From the IMG/VR virus record IMGVR_UViG_3300024255_000004: a stretch of DNA of 64,000 nt. One strand, given 5' to 3'. Each line of letters opens with the position of its first letter. The stretch's first letter is position 1. The position numbers and the translations under genes were made by a program. Below the pieces are notes generated by a model. That model worked only from the letters and a program-made list of their open reading frames with translations. It was not told the DNA's origin and made no database searches. The stretch comes from a virus. This document shows positions 19,871-30,507 of the stretch, piece after piece.

Positions 19871-22161
19871 ATTCAGAAATTAGAGTTTCAAAAACAGACG
19901 GGTCAAAGGCAGAAATCAATTTAGATAAAATACACAAAATGGTTCATAAAGCATGTAAGAACATTACAGGTGTATCAGAATCTTTAGTGCAAATGAACAG
20001 TGGATTACAATTCTATGACGGAATCACAACAAAGGACATACAAAAGATTTTAGTTAAATCTGCAAGTGATTTGATATCATTAGATAATCCTAATTACCAA
20101 TTTGTAGCTGCAAGACTATTATTATTTGGAATTCAGAAACAAGTATTCAACACCAAATGGAAAGACTCAGAAATCTATCCACCACTCAAAGACATTATTC
20201 AACGAAACATTGACATAGGAGTATATGACAATGACATTTTAAAATGGTATAAAGAAGAAGAGTTAGACCAACTAGACAAGTATATAAAACACTCTAGAGA
20301 CCTTACCTTCACCTATGCTGGATTACAACAAATAGTAGACAAATATCTAGTGCAAGACAGGTCAAGTGGAGTTGTATACGAAACACCACAATTCATGTAT
20401 ATGTTGATTGCCATGACTTTATTTAAAAAGTATGGTGGTGAACTAGGAGACAAATTAGAATATGTCAAAAAATACTACGACGCGATTTCGCAATTCAAAA
20501 TCAATATCCCAACACCCATCATGGCAGGAGTTAGAACTCCTTTACGACAATTTGCATCGTGTGTGCTTGTCGACACAGACGACACTCTCGACAGTATCTT
20601 CTCGTCTGATACAGCCATTGGAAAGTATGTTGCACAAAGAGCTGGTATCGGAATTAACGCAGGAAGAATACGAGGACTTGGTTCAAGAATTAGAGGAGGT
20701 GAAGTCCAACACACTGGAGTCATACCTTTCCTTAAGAAGTTTGAGTCAACTGTTAGATGTTGCACCCAAAACGGAGTCAGAGGAGGAAGTGCAACAGTTC
20801 ATTTCCCAATATGGCACCAAGAAATCGAAGACATTCTTGTCCTCAAAAATAACAAAGGCACGGAAGATAACAGAGTTAGGAAATTAGACTACTCCATTCA
20901 GTTATCTGAACTATTTTATAAAAGGTTCCTTGCAAATGAAGATATTACATTGTTCAGTCCACATGAAGTGGAAGGACTGTATGAAGCATTTGGAACACCC
21001 GAGTTTGACGAACTCTATGAGAAGTATGAACGTGCAACCAGTATTCCTAAACAGAAGATTGGTGCAAGAGAATTATTTTCTAGTCTTTTAAAAGAACGTG
21101 CAGAGACAGGAAGAATCTATATTATGAACATTGACCACTGTAATACTCATAGTTCATTTACTGATAAAATAAGCATGAGTAATCTATGTCAAGAAATAAC
21201 ATTACCAACAGACCCAATTCAACATATAGACGGGAATGGGGAAATTGCACTATGTATTTTAAGTGCAATCAATGTAGGAATTGTAAAAGAAGAGGAATTG
21301 GAATCTCTTTGTGATTTATCAGTGAGAGGACTTGAAGAACTGATAGATTTCCAAGAGTATCCAGTAAAAGCTGCAGAAATGTCAACCATTGCAAGAAGAA
21401 GTTTAGGTATAGGTTATATCGGACTTGCACATTTTCTTGCAAAGAACAAAGTTAAATACGGAGACAAAGACGCATTACAACTGGTTCATGACCTTACTGA
21501 GAGGTTCCAATATTTCCTTCTTAAATCTTCTAATAATCTTGCACGTATCAATGGAAAATGCATTGACTTCGACAGAACAAAATATGCAGAAGGACAATTA
21601 CCAATTGACCACTACAAGAAAGAAGTAGACGAATTAGTAAAACCAGTTTATAAAATGGATTGGGAACAACTAAGAAAAGATATCAGTATACATGGTTTAA
21701 GACACTCCACATTGACTGCACAAATGCCCTCAGAGAGTTCCTCAGTGGTCTCTAATGCAACGAATGGAGTAGAACCACCAAGAGACTACCTTAGTGTCAA
21801 GAAGAGTAAAAAAGGAACACTTAAACAGGTAGTTCCACAATACTCTATGTTGAAGAGTGCATACACCTTGTTATGGGACATGCCAGATAACACTGGTTAT
21901 ATTAATATAATTGCAGTTATGCAGAAGTTCTTTGACCAAGGTATCAGTGGAAACTGGTCTTATAATCCCGAGAACTATGAGAACGGAGAAGTTCCAGTGT
22001 CAGTAATGGCTAGAGACATGTTGACAACATATAAATACGGGTGGAAAACAAGTTATTACCAAAATACCATGGACGGAAAAAAAGAGGACGTGGTAGAAGA
22101 TACCCCACTTGCAATAAGTGAAGACGAAGGAGATGAAGATTGTGAAGCATGTGCCATTTGA
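19867..22161 (+). CDS. nrdA: Ribonucleotide reductase class Ia alpha subunit
   Basis: ATP cone, PTPIMAG, QFASC, SNLCQEI, PSESSS, C-terminal CEAC. Confidence 0.97.
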   Translation: MNSEIRVSKTDGSKAEINLDKIHKMVHKACKNITGVSESLVQMNSGLQFYDGITTKDIQKILVKSASDLISLDNPNYQFVAARLLLFGIQKQVFNTKWKDSEIYPPLKDIIQRNIDIGVYDNDILKWYKEEELDQLDKYIKHSRDLTFTYAGLQQIVDKYLVQDRSSGVVYETPQFMYMLIAMTLFKKYGGELGDKLEYVKKYYDAISQFKINIPTPIMAGVRTPLRQFASCVLVDTDDTLDSIFSSDTAIGKYVAQRAGIGINAGRIRGLGSRIRGGEVQHTGVIPFLKKFESTVRCCTQNGVRGGSATVHFPIWHQEIEDILVLKNNKGTEDNRVRKLDYSIQLSELFYKRFLANEDITLFSPHEVEGLYEAFGTPEFDELYEKYERATSIPKQKIGARELFSSLLKERAETGRIYIMNIDHCNTHSSFTDKISMSNLCQEITLPTDPIQHIDGNGEIALCILSAINVGIVKEEELESLCDLSVRGLEELIDFQEYPVKAAEMSTIARRSLGIGYIGLAHFLAKNKVKYGDKDALQLVHDLTERFQYFLLKSSNNLARINGKCIDFDRTKYAEGQLPIDHYKKEVDELVKPVYKMDWEQLRKDISIHGLRHSTLTAQMPSESSSVVSNATNGVEPPRDYLSVKKSKKGTLKQVVPQYSMLKSAYTLLWDMPDNTGYINIIAVMQKFFDQGISGNWSYNPENYENGEVPVSVMARDMLTTYKYGWKTSYYQNTMDGKKEDVVEDTPLAISEDEGDEDCEACAI

Positions 22162-23146
22162 AGATAGAACTGTAGAATTAGTAAAGGAAGTTAAAACTCC
22201 ACAAGGAAAGAGTAAAAAATTACCATTTAAAACTAATCAAATCACTGCAGATTTTATTAATAATAGATACGTAGTTCTTAGAGATTTTGTTCCTAAAGAA
22301 ATGATTACGTTTGCAATGGATTGTTGGAAAACAGTTGAACACAATCCCGAGTGGCATGGTGCATTTTGTAAACGTGAAGACGATATCATTTTCCAATCTC
22401 CTAAAGACTCATTGGGTAAATCAGAAAGTATCTATTGTTCACCATGGGGTGTTGCAATGAACAGATTTCTAAGAGATAAATTAAGAAGTGTATTGGACAT
22501 TGATTTGGGTGAAACATATTCATTCACTAGAAAATACGACAGAGGTGCATACTTAGCTGCACATAGAGATAGACCTGCGTGTGAAATATCAACAACACTA
22601 TGTTTAGATTATAAAACAGACGATGGTAGTCCATGGAGAATATGGGTTGATAATTCTAGAAACTGGGTCGATAGTGATGATGGTGGTGAAACAGGTATAC
22701 AAAGACAACTTCAATTACTACCAAACAGAAAGAGAACTTCAATACCAATAGATTTAGAAGTCGGAGACGTATTATTATACCAAGGGCCTAATGCAGTTCA
22801 CTTTAGAGACTATTTAATAGGAGATTATAGTTATCATATATTTTCCCATTTCTATAATAAAGAAGGGAAGATAAGAAGTCACCCACTCGGAACTTGGCAA
22901 GGTGTTGATGACAATTTAAAACAAGTTGAAACAAGAGACACACATGACTTAACATTCATGCCAGGAACTGCTTTAGAACACCCTTGTGTCCTTGAACATG
23001 ATGGAAAACTAAGTAGATATCACATGCAAAACGATAGACCAAAAGAACTTGAAAAAGCATATCATGACTTTATTGATTCATATGAATCAGAACAATTTGG
23101 AAAGAGAAGTGACTATGCAAATAACTATGGATTAGAAGACGAATGA
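22118..23146 (+). CDS. 2OG-Fe(II) oxygenase-like protein between nrdA and nrdB (start uncertain, possibly 22133)
   Basis: HRDRPACEISTTLCL (HxD), GDVLLYQG..HFR. Confidence 0.7.
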   Translation: MKTKEMKIVKHVPFEDRTVELVKEVKTPQGKSKKLPFKTNQITADFINNRYVVLRDFVPKEMITFAMDCWKTVEHNPEWHGAFCKREDDIIFQSPKDSLGKSESIYCSPWGVAMNRFLRDKLRSVLDIDLGETYSFTRKYDRGAYLAAHRDRPACEISTTLCLDYKTDDGSPWRIWVDNSRNWVDSDDGGETGIQRQLQLLPNRKRTSIPIDLEVGDVLLYQGPNAVHFRDYLIGDYSYHIFSHFYNKEGKIRSHPLGTWQGVDDNLKQVETRDTHDLTFMPGTALEHPCVLEHDGKLSRYHMQNDRPKELEKAYHDFIDSYESEQFGKRSDYANNYGLEDE

Positions 23147-24240
23147 CAGTATTTAATAAAAACAAAGTAGACTTCACAAAGAATAAGATATTCTTTGGAG
23201 AGGGATTGAACACTCAAAGATTTGACGAGTTCAAATATCCAATATTTGATAAACTCACTCAAACACAATTAGGATTCTTTTGGAGACCCGAAGAAGTGTC
23301 TCTTCAAAAAGACAGAAGTGATTATCAAACACTCACTGAAGCACAAAAACATATATTTACCTCTAATTTGAGGTATCAAACTTTACTCGACTCAGTTCAA
23401 GGTAGAGCTCCGTCCATAGCATTCTTACCATTCGTGAGTTTGCCTGAACTTGAGTCTTGTATTATTACATGGGACTTTATGGAGACAATCCATAGTAGAA
23501 GTTATACACATATCATTAAGAACATTTATGCAAACCCTAGTGAAATCTTTGACACTATACTTGACGAAGAAGCAATCGTAAAACGTGCAGAAATGGTCAC
23601 TGAAAAGTATGACGAGTTCATTGCACTTGGTCGTAGAAGATTACTTGGATTAAAGGTTGACGACTATGACCTTTATAAAGCATTATATCTTGCACTTATA
23701 TCAGTCAACATATTAGAAGGAATCAGATTCTTTGTATCCTTTGCATGTTCATTCGGATTCGGAGAACTTAAAATGATGGAAGGAAGTGCAAAAATCATAT
23801 CTCTGATTGCAAGAGACGAATCACAACACCTTGCAATATCACAACACATACTCAAAGCCTATAAGAATCAAGAGAACGATAAGTTAATGAATAAAGTTAT
23901 GAAAGATTGTGAGAAAGAAGTATATGAGTTATACGAAGATGCAGTTAAACAAGAAAAGGAATGGGCAGAGTTTCTATTTAAAGACGGGTCAATGATTGGA
24001 CTAAGTGTTCCTTTACTGAGTCAATACGTAGAGTTTACTGCAAACAAAAGATTACGTGCAATAGGACTCAATCCTATCTATGATATCTCATCAACTAACA
24101 ACCCTTTACCTTGGACACAACATTGGTTCAACAGTAGAGGACTTCAGAATGCACCACAAGAGACGGAGATTGAATCCTATCTTATTGGTGGTATTAAACA
24201 AGACGTATCAGATGATACATTCTCGGACTTTAAACTATAA
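23143..24240 (+). CDS. nrdB: Ribonucleotide reductase class Ia beta subunit
   Basis: FFWRPEE, LDSVQGR, ETIHSRSY, EGIRFFVSF, RDESQH, APQETEI. Confidence 0.97.
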   Translation: MTVFNKNKVDFTKNKIFFGEGLNTQRFDEFKYPIFDKLTQTQLGFFWRPEEVSLQKDRSDYQTLTEAQKHIFTSNLRYQTLLDSVQGRAPSIAFLPFVSLPELESCIITWDFMETIHSRSYTHIIKNIYANPSEIFDTILDEEAIVKRAEMVTEKYDEFIALGRRRLLGLKVDDYDLYKALYLALISVNILEGIRFFVSFACSFGFGELKMMEGSAKIISLIARDESQHLAISQHILKAYKNQENDKLMNKVMKDCEKEVYELYEDAVKQEKEWAEFLFKDGSMIGLSVPLLSQYVEFTANKRLRAIGLNPIYDISSTNNPLPWTQHWFNSRGLQNAPQETEIESYLIGGIKQDVSDDTFSDFKL

Positions 24241-24407
24241 TGGATGGAGTAATTTTAATTGGAATACTTTGGTTGGCACTAGTGTCAGTAGTGTCATTTT
24301 TCTTCTTTGACGAGGGAACTAAAGGTATTGAGAAAGACCCTTATTATGGTCGTAAAACTGGAACAATATATACTGCAAAGAAAGAAAGGAGTGAATACTT
24401 ATTATGA
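24240..24407 (+). CDS. Small membrane protein (55 aa)
   Basis: Read manually: MDGVILIGILWLALVSVVSFFFF...; coupled to nrdB stop and glutaredoxin start. Confidence 0.6.
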   Translation: MDGVILIGILWLALVSVVSFFFFDEGTKGIEKDPYYGRKTGTIYTAKKERSEYLL

Positions 24408-24628
24408 TTGAAATATTTGGAAAAACACAATGTCCTTACTGTGATAAAGCAAAAGCTTTATGTGAACGAAAAGGATACGATTACGTTTATAAATCACTTG
24501 GTGAAGATTTCACTAGAGAAGAGATGATGGAAGCATTTCCAACTGCAAGAACCTTTCCTCAGATAAGGATAGATGGTGAAGCAATTGGTGGTTATGACAA
24601 CTTTGCAGACTGGTCATCAGTAGACTAA
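24404..24628 (+). CDS. nrdC: Glutaredoxin (NrdC-like)
   Basis: CPYC, RTFPQI, IGGY. Confidence 0.92.
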   Translation: MIEIFGKTQCPYCDKAKALCERKGYDYVYKSLGEDFTREEMMEAFPTARTFPQIRIDGEAIGGYDNFADWSSVD

Positions 24629-24894
24629 TGAAAAAGTTTTACTTGTATCTGAATGCACCTCAAAGACAAACTGTGCAAGATAGAAGATGGAATCACTTAT
24701 TCAACAACATTGATAGAATGTATCAAGAAGTCAGAGTTTTTGTTGCTGGATTAGATTTTTATGAACCCGAGAAAAAACACTCCCTACCCTATGCAACATT
24801 AGACGGAAAGAAAAAAAGTTATACAAACTTATATACGAAGATAATGGTTGATACAGGTAAAATAGATGACGGATATATTCCCGAGGAGGAATAA
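24628..24894 (+). CDS. Hypothetical protein
   Basis: 88-aa ORF, translationally coupled. Confidence 0.65.
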   Translation: MKKFYLYLNAPQRQTVQDRRWNHLFNNIDRMYQEVRVFVAGLDFYEPEKKHSLPYATLDGKKKSYTNLYTKIMVDTGKIDDGYIPEEE

Positions 24895-25055
24895 TGAATT
24901 ACGAACAAGGATACAGGATTTATTGTCCTGCTTGCAAATCAGAGTGTGACGTATTCCATTCAATGGAATCACACCAATACGAGATAGACAACTGTCCATT
25001 CTGTGGTCATGAAATAGACGAAGACAGTAGAGAAGAGATACAAGACGAAGAATAA
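24894..25055 (+). CDS. Small zinc-ribbon protein (53 aa)
   Basis: Read manually: CPAC...CPFC; GGAGG RBS. Confidence 0.7.
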   Translation: MNYEQGYRIYCPACKSECDVFHSMESHQYEIDNCPFCGHEIDEDSREEIQDEE

Positions 25056-25366
25056 TGGAGATTTACTGTAAAGACAAGAAAATGTTGAGTAAATCCATGA
25101 GTCTCGCTGAACAATTAAATATTGCAGATGAACAGGGTGTCACTGTATATATCAAACGACTACCACCCTCATTCAAACAAAAGGGAATCATAGAATTTCC
25201 ACGTCAATTCAAAGATGAGACACATATTGATATCTATATCAAATATGACTCAGAAAGATATGTGACACTTGCACACGAAATGGTGCATTTACGACAAGTC
25301 ATAACAGACGGAGTCGTAGACGAAAACGAAGCATATACACTCGAAAAAACCCTAAAAATAGACTAA
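25055..25366 (+). CDS. Small zincin-like metallopeptidase
   Basis: TLAHEMVHLRQ (HExxH) followed by ENEAY. Confidence 0.7.
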   Translation: MEIYCKDKKMLSKSMSLAEQLNIADEQGVTVYIKRLPPSFKQKGIIEFPRQFKDETHIDIYIKYDSERYVTLAHEMVHLRQVITDGVVDENEAYTLEKTLKID

Positions 25367-25372
25367 AAAAGC

Positions 25373-25402
25373 TTGACAATAGGTGTCACTTTTTGTTATA
25401 CT
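25373..25402 (+). promoter_or_regulatory. Class I (early-type) promoter
   Basis: TTGACA-N18-TATACT. Confidence 0.8.
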
Positions 25403-25448
25403 ATGTCTATAATGAAAAAACAAAAGATTAAGGAGAATACGATAAAGC

Positions 25449-25478
25449 TTGACAATGGGGTCAACTTTTTAGTATACT
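25449..25478 (+). promoter_or_regulatory. Class I (early-type) promoter, tandem copy
   Basis: TTGACA-N18-TATACT. Confidence 0.8.
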
Positions 25479-25484
25479 AACAGT

Positions 25485-26000
25485 ATGGAAAATAAAGTAA
25501 TAAAAAGAATCTTCGTTGATATGGACGGAGTATTAGCAGATTTCAACACTGGTGTTGAAAAATTGACAGGGAGAGAATTCCCTAATACAGACGCTGGTCA
25601 CAATGACTATGACGAAAGAAAAGAAGAGTTGACTAACAAAAGATTGTTCAGAAACTTACCACCTATGCCTGATATGTATGACTTGATTGCATATGTCAGA
25701 CACACTGGACTTCCTTGGGAAATCCTAACTGCAGCTGGTGTAGTCAACAGAGAATTAGTAGTGTTCGATAAGAACGAGTGGATTAGAGAATATGTCAGTC
25801 CAAGTGTTGTTGTCACTTGCACTATGACTGGTAGTCAAAAAGGTATGTTTGCAATCAAAGGGAGTGTCCTTATTGACGACAGACAAAAGAACCTTGATGC
25901 ATGGGAAGAACATGGTGGGATTGGTATTTTACACACTAGTGCAGAAGATACAATCAATCAATTAAAAGAACTTAGAAAAGGAGAAATAGTATGGGATTAG
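25485..26000 (+). CDS. HAD-family 5'(3')-deoxyribonucleotidase-like protein
   Basis: FVDMDGVLADF, ILTA, K..W, LIDD. Confidence 0.85.
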   Translation: MENKVIKRIFVDMDGVLADFNTGVEKLTGREFPNTDAGHNDYDERKEELTNKRLFRNLPPMPDMYDLIAYVRHTGLPWEILTAAGVVNRELVVFDKNEWIREYVSPSVVVTCTMTGSQKGMFAIKGSVLIDDRQKNLDAWEEHGGIGILHTSAEDTINQLKELRKGEIVWD

Positions 26001-26392
26001 ATAGAATTCAAAATGGGACTGCAAGGTGGTATGTGGTTAACACTCAGAATCTTGAGGAGTATGGAACGAACTTCCATAAGTTCAAGGGTGGTGCCGAGTA
26101 TGTGATTGGATTCCACGTGGACAAACTGGTCTTTGAGGAAGATGCATTTGGTGAGGGTGAACACTCTTATTACAATTCCCCTTCACTCACTGAAGCTAGT
26201 GTTGCAGCTTTGGTCATGAAACACGTTAACAGACTGAATGGTCTGAGTGGTTCTTTTGATTATATCACCAACATTGAAGTGATTGATTCACCTTTTAACA
26301 CACCCGACCACCCAACGTGGAGAGGTGGTGCAGAGGACTTGATTGAGGAAATCGAGGACTTGAGGGAATACAATAAGAACTTAGTTGCATAA
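25991..26392 (+). CDS. Hypothetical protein
   Basis: 133-aa ORF with AGGAG RBS. Confidence 0.7.
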   Translation: MGLDRIQNGTARWYVVNTQNLEEYGTNFHKFKGGAEYVIGFHVDKLVFEEDAFGEGEHSYYNSPSLTEASVAALVMKHVNRLNGLSGSFDYITNIEVIDSPFNTPDHPTWRGGAEDLIEEIEDLREYNKNLVA

Positions 26393-26817
26393 TGGTAGAC
26401 ACATACGAGATACAAAACGTCTCTTTTGGAGACCTAACCCAAGAAGCTATACATGATATTCTAAAAGATGGGAGACTTGCCTCACACTTCTTAGAACGTC
26501 AATTAGAGATATGGTATCCACACTTGACATTTGTGGACGGAAGAGGATATGACCATGTTGACGAAGAGGGAAATCTCTATGACCAAAAGTGTTTTACTAA
26601 AGGTGGTCTTGCATTTGCACCTTCTAATATGATTGGTGGAAGTAGAAGTATCAATGAGGAAGTTGCAACAGAACACTGTAAAGACATAACTTACATTGCA
26701 TGTGACATTATAGACTTTCCTACAGTCAGAGTCAAATTTGCAAAAGGTTCCGACCTTATGAAGGAATACAAGAACTTTAAAATACCCAAATCTCAAAGAG
26801 AAAAATTCTTCTCTTAG
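26392..26817 (+). CDS. Hypothetical protein, possible PD-(D/E)xK nuclease
   Basis: E..GYDH..YDQK pattern. Confidence 0.45.
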   Translation: MVDTYEIQNVSFGDLTQEAIHDILKDGRLASHFLERQLEIWYPHLTFVDGRGYDHVDEEGNLYDQKCFTKGGLAFAPSNMIGGSRSINEEVATEHCKDITYIACDIIDFPTVRVKFAKGSDLMKEYKNFKIPKSQREKFFS

Positions 26818-26836
26818 AATTCACCTATATATTACC

Positions 26837-27121
26837 ATGTTAAAGAAAATATGGTCAATCATAAAGAAATTTCCACTATGGACACTTACGTTCAGTGGGT
26901 GGTTAGTTGAATTATTCAAAAAACTCTTTACAAAAAGATACTTAGTCACTGTATCATTCAATTCAGTATATGGTGATTCAGACGATAGACAGTTTATAAC
27001 CCGAAAAGTGATAATTCAGAAAGAAAAGCACTTGAAATTTAGAGACGACCATGGTAAAATAGTAGAATACAGAAGTTCAGGTGGACTGAACTATATCATT
27101 GAGGAGTATGACGGAAAATGA
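26837..27121 (+). CDS. Hypothetical protein
   Basis: 94-aa ORF. Confidence 0.6.
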   Translation: MLKKIWSIIKKFPLWTLTFSGWLVELFKKLFTKRYLVTVSFNSVYGDSDDRQFITRKVIIQKEKHLKFRDDHGKIVEYRSSGGLNYIIEEYDGK

Positions 27122-27537
27122 ATATAATTGAACATTTCAAGAATAACTTGAAGACAGTGTTGGTCACAAGAGCAACAGATTTTAACGGAAGGTCAGAGAG
27201 ACCCGAATTTTGGTGGTTCTCATTATACATAAGTATAATTGCAGTATTACTAGGATTAGTAGATAACTATGTAATAGGATTTACATTTTGGAGTATACTG
27301 GAACCATTCGGTGAAATGAACGAATGTGGAATATTAGTAGCATTGCTTTTAGTATCAACTTTTGTTCAAAGCATATCCGTCACTGCAAGAAGATTACATG
27401 ACAGAGGTCGTAGTGGTTGGTGGCAGTTAATGTTTGTAGTGCCAGTATTAAACTTTATACCATTATATTGGTGTGTAAGAGATGCAAAAGATACTTATGC
27501 AGCTAAGAAATACAAAAACCCTTACGGAAATAGGTAA
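27118..27537 (+). CDS. DUF805 (YhaH-like) inner-membrane protein
   Basis: FNGRSERPEFWWF, RRLHDRGRSGWW, NPYG. Confidence 0.88.
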   Translation: MNIIEHFKNNLKTVLVTRATDFNGRSERPEFWWFSLYISIIAVLLGLVDNYVIGFTFWSILEPFGEMNECGILVALLLVSTFVQSISVTARRLHDRGRSGWWQLMFVVPVLNFIPLYWCVRDAKDTYAAKKYKNPYGNR

Positions 27538-27539
27538 TT

Positions 27540-27923
27540 ATGCAACAGTTTTTTATCGCAATTATTCTTGTTCTTGGATTGGGTGGTTATTGGTTATATC
27601 AAGAAAACCAAACACTCACTGCAAATAATCTAAAATTAGAATATGCAGTAGAAGAACAAAAACAAACCATGGCAATCATGAAAGAACAATATGAGAAACA
27701 GGGTAAAGCATTACAAAACATGAGTCGAAAGAATGCAGAGATAGAATCTGAAAAAGCAGAGTATCTTGCAATCTTTAGTAGACACAATCTAGATTTACTT
27801 GCACTTAAGAAGCCAGGAATGATTGAACTCAGAATGAACGATGCAAGTAAAAAAGTTATGGAGGGAATGGAAAATGACACAAAAGAATTATTTAATCTTG
27901 ACGTGCCTAACACTACTGATTAG
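27540..27923 (+). CDS. Putative inner-membrane spanin (Rz-like)
   Basis: N-terminal TM plus coiled coil; overlaps a lipoprotein gene. Confidence 0.65.
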   Translation: MQQFFIAIILVLGLGGYWLYQENQTLTANNLKLEYAVEEQKQTMAIMKEQYEKQGKALQNMSRKNAEIESEKAEYLAIFSRHNLDLLALKKPGMIELRMNDASKKVMEGMENDTKELFNLDVPNTTD

Positions 27924-28416
27924 TGGTTGTTCCGTATTTGGAACAAAACAGATTGAGGTAGTATCTAAACCTATCGAAATTGATATTATGCAACCTACAC
28001 TTCCAAGACCTTTGGATTTGGAAACACCACAATGGTTCGTAGTATCTGAAGCAAAGATAGTCAATCCATGTGTTAAGTCTTTATCATTTGAACCTAAGAA
28101 GTTCAATGACGAAGGTGTAGAACAACTCAAAAGACCAAAAGTATGTGAACTGGAAGAAAGAGAGAATCCCGAGTGGCCAGTTGGATATACTTATCTTGAC
28201 CAATTTATGGACGAGATGAAAAAACAGAACAATGGAGAAATCCTATTTGTTGCAACCACTATTGGTGATTACAAAGTCATGGCGGAAGACATGCAAGAAC
28301 TTAAACGTTATATCAAACAACTTGGAGAAGTTGTAATTTATTATAGAAATGTGACAATGCCTAATGGAGAGAAAGGAGTAGGTGTTGGTGTGAAAAAGAA
28401 TGACAAAGGAAATTAG
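27874..28416 (+). CDS. Putative outer-membrane lipoprotein spanin (Rz1-like)
   Basis: Lipobox LLISG-C, Pro-rich linker (QPTLPRPL); starts inside the i-spanin 3' end. Confidence 0.65.
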   Translation: MTQKNYLILTCLTLLISGCSVFGTKQIEVVSKPIEIDIMQPTLPRPLDLETPQWFVVSEAKIVNPCVKSLSFEPKKFNDEGVEQLKRPKVCELEERENPEWPVGYTYLDQFMDEMKKQNNGEILFVATTIGDYKVMAEDMQELKRYIKQLGEVVIYYRNVTMPNGEKGVGVGVKKNDKGN

Positions 28417-29161
28417 TTCAACCCCATTTAGTCCGATAAGAGGAAGTGTTGCACCACTTTTTGCAATTCCTTTATATCGAGGTATCATTCCTCTAAATCA
28501 TGACATGGTTGCACAATCCATTCGGAAGACTATTGAACCTCTCAGAGATAACGATAACACTCAGACAAATTACACTACCTATTTCCATAACGATTTAAGA
28601 GAACAACAAGAACAGGAATCTTGGTTCAAAGATTTTTCAGACATAATCAAAGACACATATGTTGCACAACAAATAGAACAATGTAATGCAGATTTCAGTA
28701 ATATGTGTAGAGACGATATTCACCTCTTTGCATGGTCAAATCAATATACTGGTCACAACTACCATGAAGCACATAATCACCCAACAACATTGATAAGTGG
28801 AACATATTACGTAAAGGTTCAAAAAGACTCACAACCTATCAAATTCTTTAATCCAAATCCAGCTGCAAGTGCATTTCCAATGGGAACTCAAACACAATGG
28901 AACGTGAACGAAAACCCATACAATAATATGACTATTACAGGACATGGTTTGAATATGATGGAGGTGCATGTTCAACCTACAGAGGGTGAAGTGTTAATGT
29001 GGCCTTCATACCTATATCATACAGTTCCACAATCCCAATCTAACGACCCGAACTATGAAAGGATATCAGTCTCTTTTAATTTAACACATAAAAGAGAATT
29101 AGAAAATAACAAAACAGGTAGAAATTTAAAGTATGATTTCTTGAGGAATGAAAATGAGTAA
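28400..29161 (+). CDS. 2OG-Fe(II) oxygenase (TIGR02466-like)
   Basis: HNH..ISGTYY, WPSYLYHTVP, RISVSFN. Confidence 0.85.
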   Translation: MTKEISSTPFSPIRGSVAPLFAIPLYRGIIPLNHDMVAQSIRKTIEPLRDNDNTQTNYTTYFHNDLREQQEQESWFKDFSDIIKDTYVAQQIEQCNADFSNMCRDDIHLFAWSNQYTGHNYHEAHNHPTTLISGTYYVKVQKDSQPIKFFNPNPAASAFPMGTQTQWNVNENPYNNMTITGHGLNMMEVHVQPTEGEVLMWPSYLYHTVPQSQSNDPNYERISVSFNLTHKRELENNKTGRNLKYDFLRNENE

Positions 29162-29843
29162 AGCATATGCATTAGACGAAAGATTTAAACAGAGTGCAGA
29201 CTGGGATATTTCCTATGATGGTTTTGCACTTACTATTGATAACTATTATGAGAATCCCGAAGAGATATACGAATATCTTATAAATGCAGATTATCCATTG
29301 TGGAAATACAATCCCGAAAGAAATAGTAAAAATGGTATTGAATACAATGACTGTAGAATCGTAGAACAATTTGGACACCCAACTAGATTATATCATAATG
29401 GTCAACAAAGACTATTAGATGTCTGCAGACAATATTGGTGGAAGTTTGATTATCAGTGGGACGACAGATTTGAGGTAAATTGTTTTCAGACTAAGACACA
29501 ATTTGATAAAACACTTCAACACTACCCACACATAGATTCGTCTTTCGATACACCCGACCACTTATCAACACTCAACATGTTAGTTTATCTCGACAAAGAA
29601 GAAGACGGGGGAACTGCAGTATATGAAGGAACATGGATTACCAATAACGAACAAGAATCATTATTATATCCAGTCGAAAACGATTTTGTATTGGAGAGAG
29701 TAATACCTGCGAAGTTTAATCGTTGTGTTGTATTTCCTGGCAACAGATTGCATGGTGCATATATAAATGACTACAATAAATACAAAGAGGATAAGTGGAG
29801 ATTCTCACAAGTGACTTTCTTCCACCCAATACAACATGCCTGA
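29148..29843 (+). CDS. 2OG-Fe(II) oxygenase-like protein
   Basis: IDNYYENP, PHID, LVYL..GGTAVY, FNRCVVFPG..H, R. Confidence 0.75.
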   Translation: MKMSKAYALDERFKQSADWDISYDGFALTIDNYYENPEEIYEYLINADYPLWKYNPERNSKNGIEYNDCRIVEQFGHPTRLYHNGQQRLLDVCRQYWWKFDYQWDDRFEVNCFQTKTQFDKTLQHYPHIDSSFDTPDHLSTLNMLVYLDKEEDGGTAVYEGTWITNNEQESLLYPVENDFVLERVIPAKFNRCVVFPGNRLHGAYINDYNKYKEDKWRFSQVTFFHPIQHA

Positions 29844-30507
29844 AATTGCAACATTCACAACCAACCCATATCAGAGTAAACTAGAAGAAGGCCGAGTCAA
29901 GGTTCTTCGACCTATGAAACACCATGACGTATTACCGACACTTATTATGCTAGCAGAAGAAGCATTAAGTAAAGACGATTGTGACCTAATCATATCAGAA
30001 CATGAGAAATTGTCATTGTCGAAGGTAGATATCGGAGACGGAAATGTTGTCACTCCACATAATAAAGAATTATTAAACAATCAAATTCCATGGAAATATG
30101 ACTTGAATAATATGCGTGTATCAGTCATTCCACAAGATACACGTGCATTCAATACAATAACAGAAATCGTTGACAGTTTTATGCCTAAGAATGAAGACTA
30201 TGGAATGATTACTTACATGACCATACAGGAATATCCAACAGGAACATTCTTTGCAACTCATACGGACGATGCAGAGTCAAATGATACTGCAACAGTTGTC
30301 TTTACACTTAATGACACATTTGAAGGTGGAAGGTTTCAGATTAATGGTCACTCAATTGCACAACGTTTGGGTTCAATGGTTGCATTCAATAATAACACTA
30401 AGATATTACATAGTGTAGAACCTATTACAAAGGGAACTAGATATGCATTATGTATTTGGTTTTGTTCATTTGAGGAATTGACTGAAGATGATGAATCAAA
30501 CACGTAA
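29836..30507 (+). CDS. 2OG-Fe(II) oxygenase (prolyl-4-hydroxylase-like)
   Basis: HTD, LND.FEGG, HSVEPITKGTRY. Confidence 0.85.
   Translation: MPEIATFTTNPYQSKLEEGRVKVLRPMKHHDVLPTLIMLAEEALSKDDCDLIISEHEKLSLSKVDIGDGNVVTPHNKELLNNQIPWKYDLNNMRVSVIPQDTRAFNTITEIVDSFMPKNEDYGMITYMTIQEYPTGTFFATHTDDAESNDTATVVFTLNDTFEGGRFQINGHSIAQRLGSMVAFNNNTKILHSVEPITKGTRYALCIWFCSFEELTEDDESNT

Noticed and set aside
19867-24240. Introns or inteins in nrdA/nrdB (also gp43, gp41)
   Set aside because: ORFs are continuous and of normal length with no intein motifs; the ORF between nrdA and nrdB has oxygenase rather than endonuclease motifs
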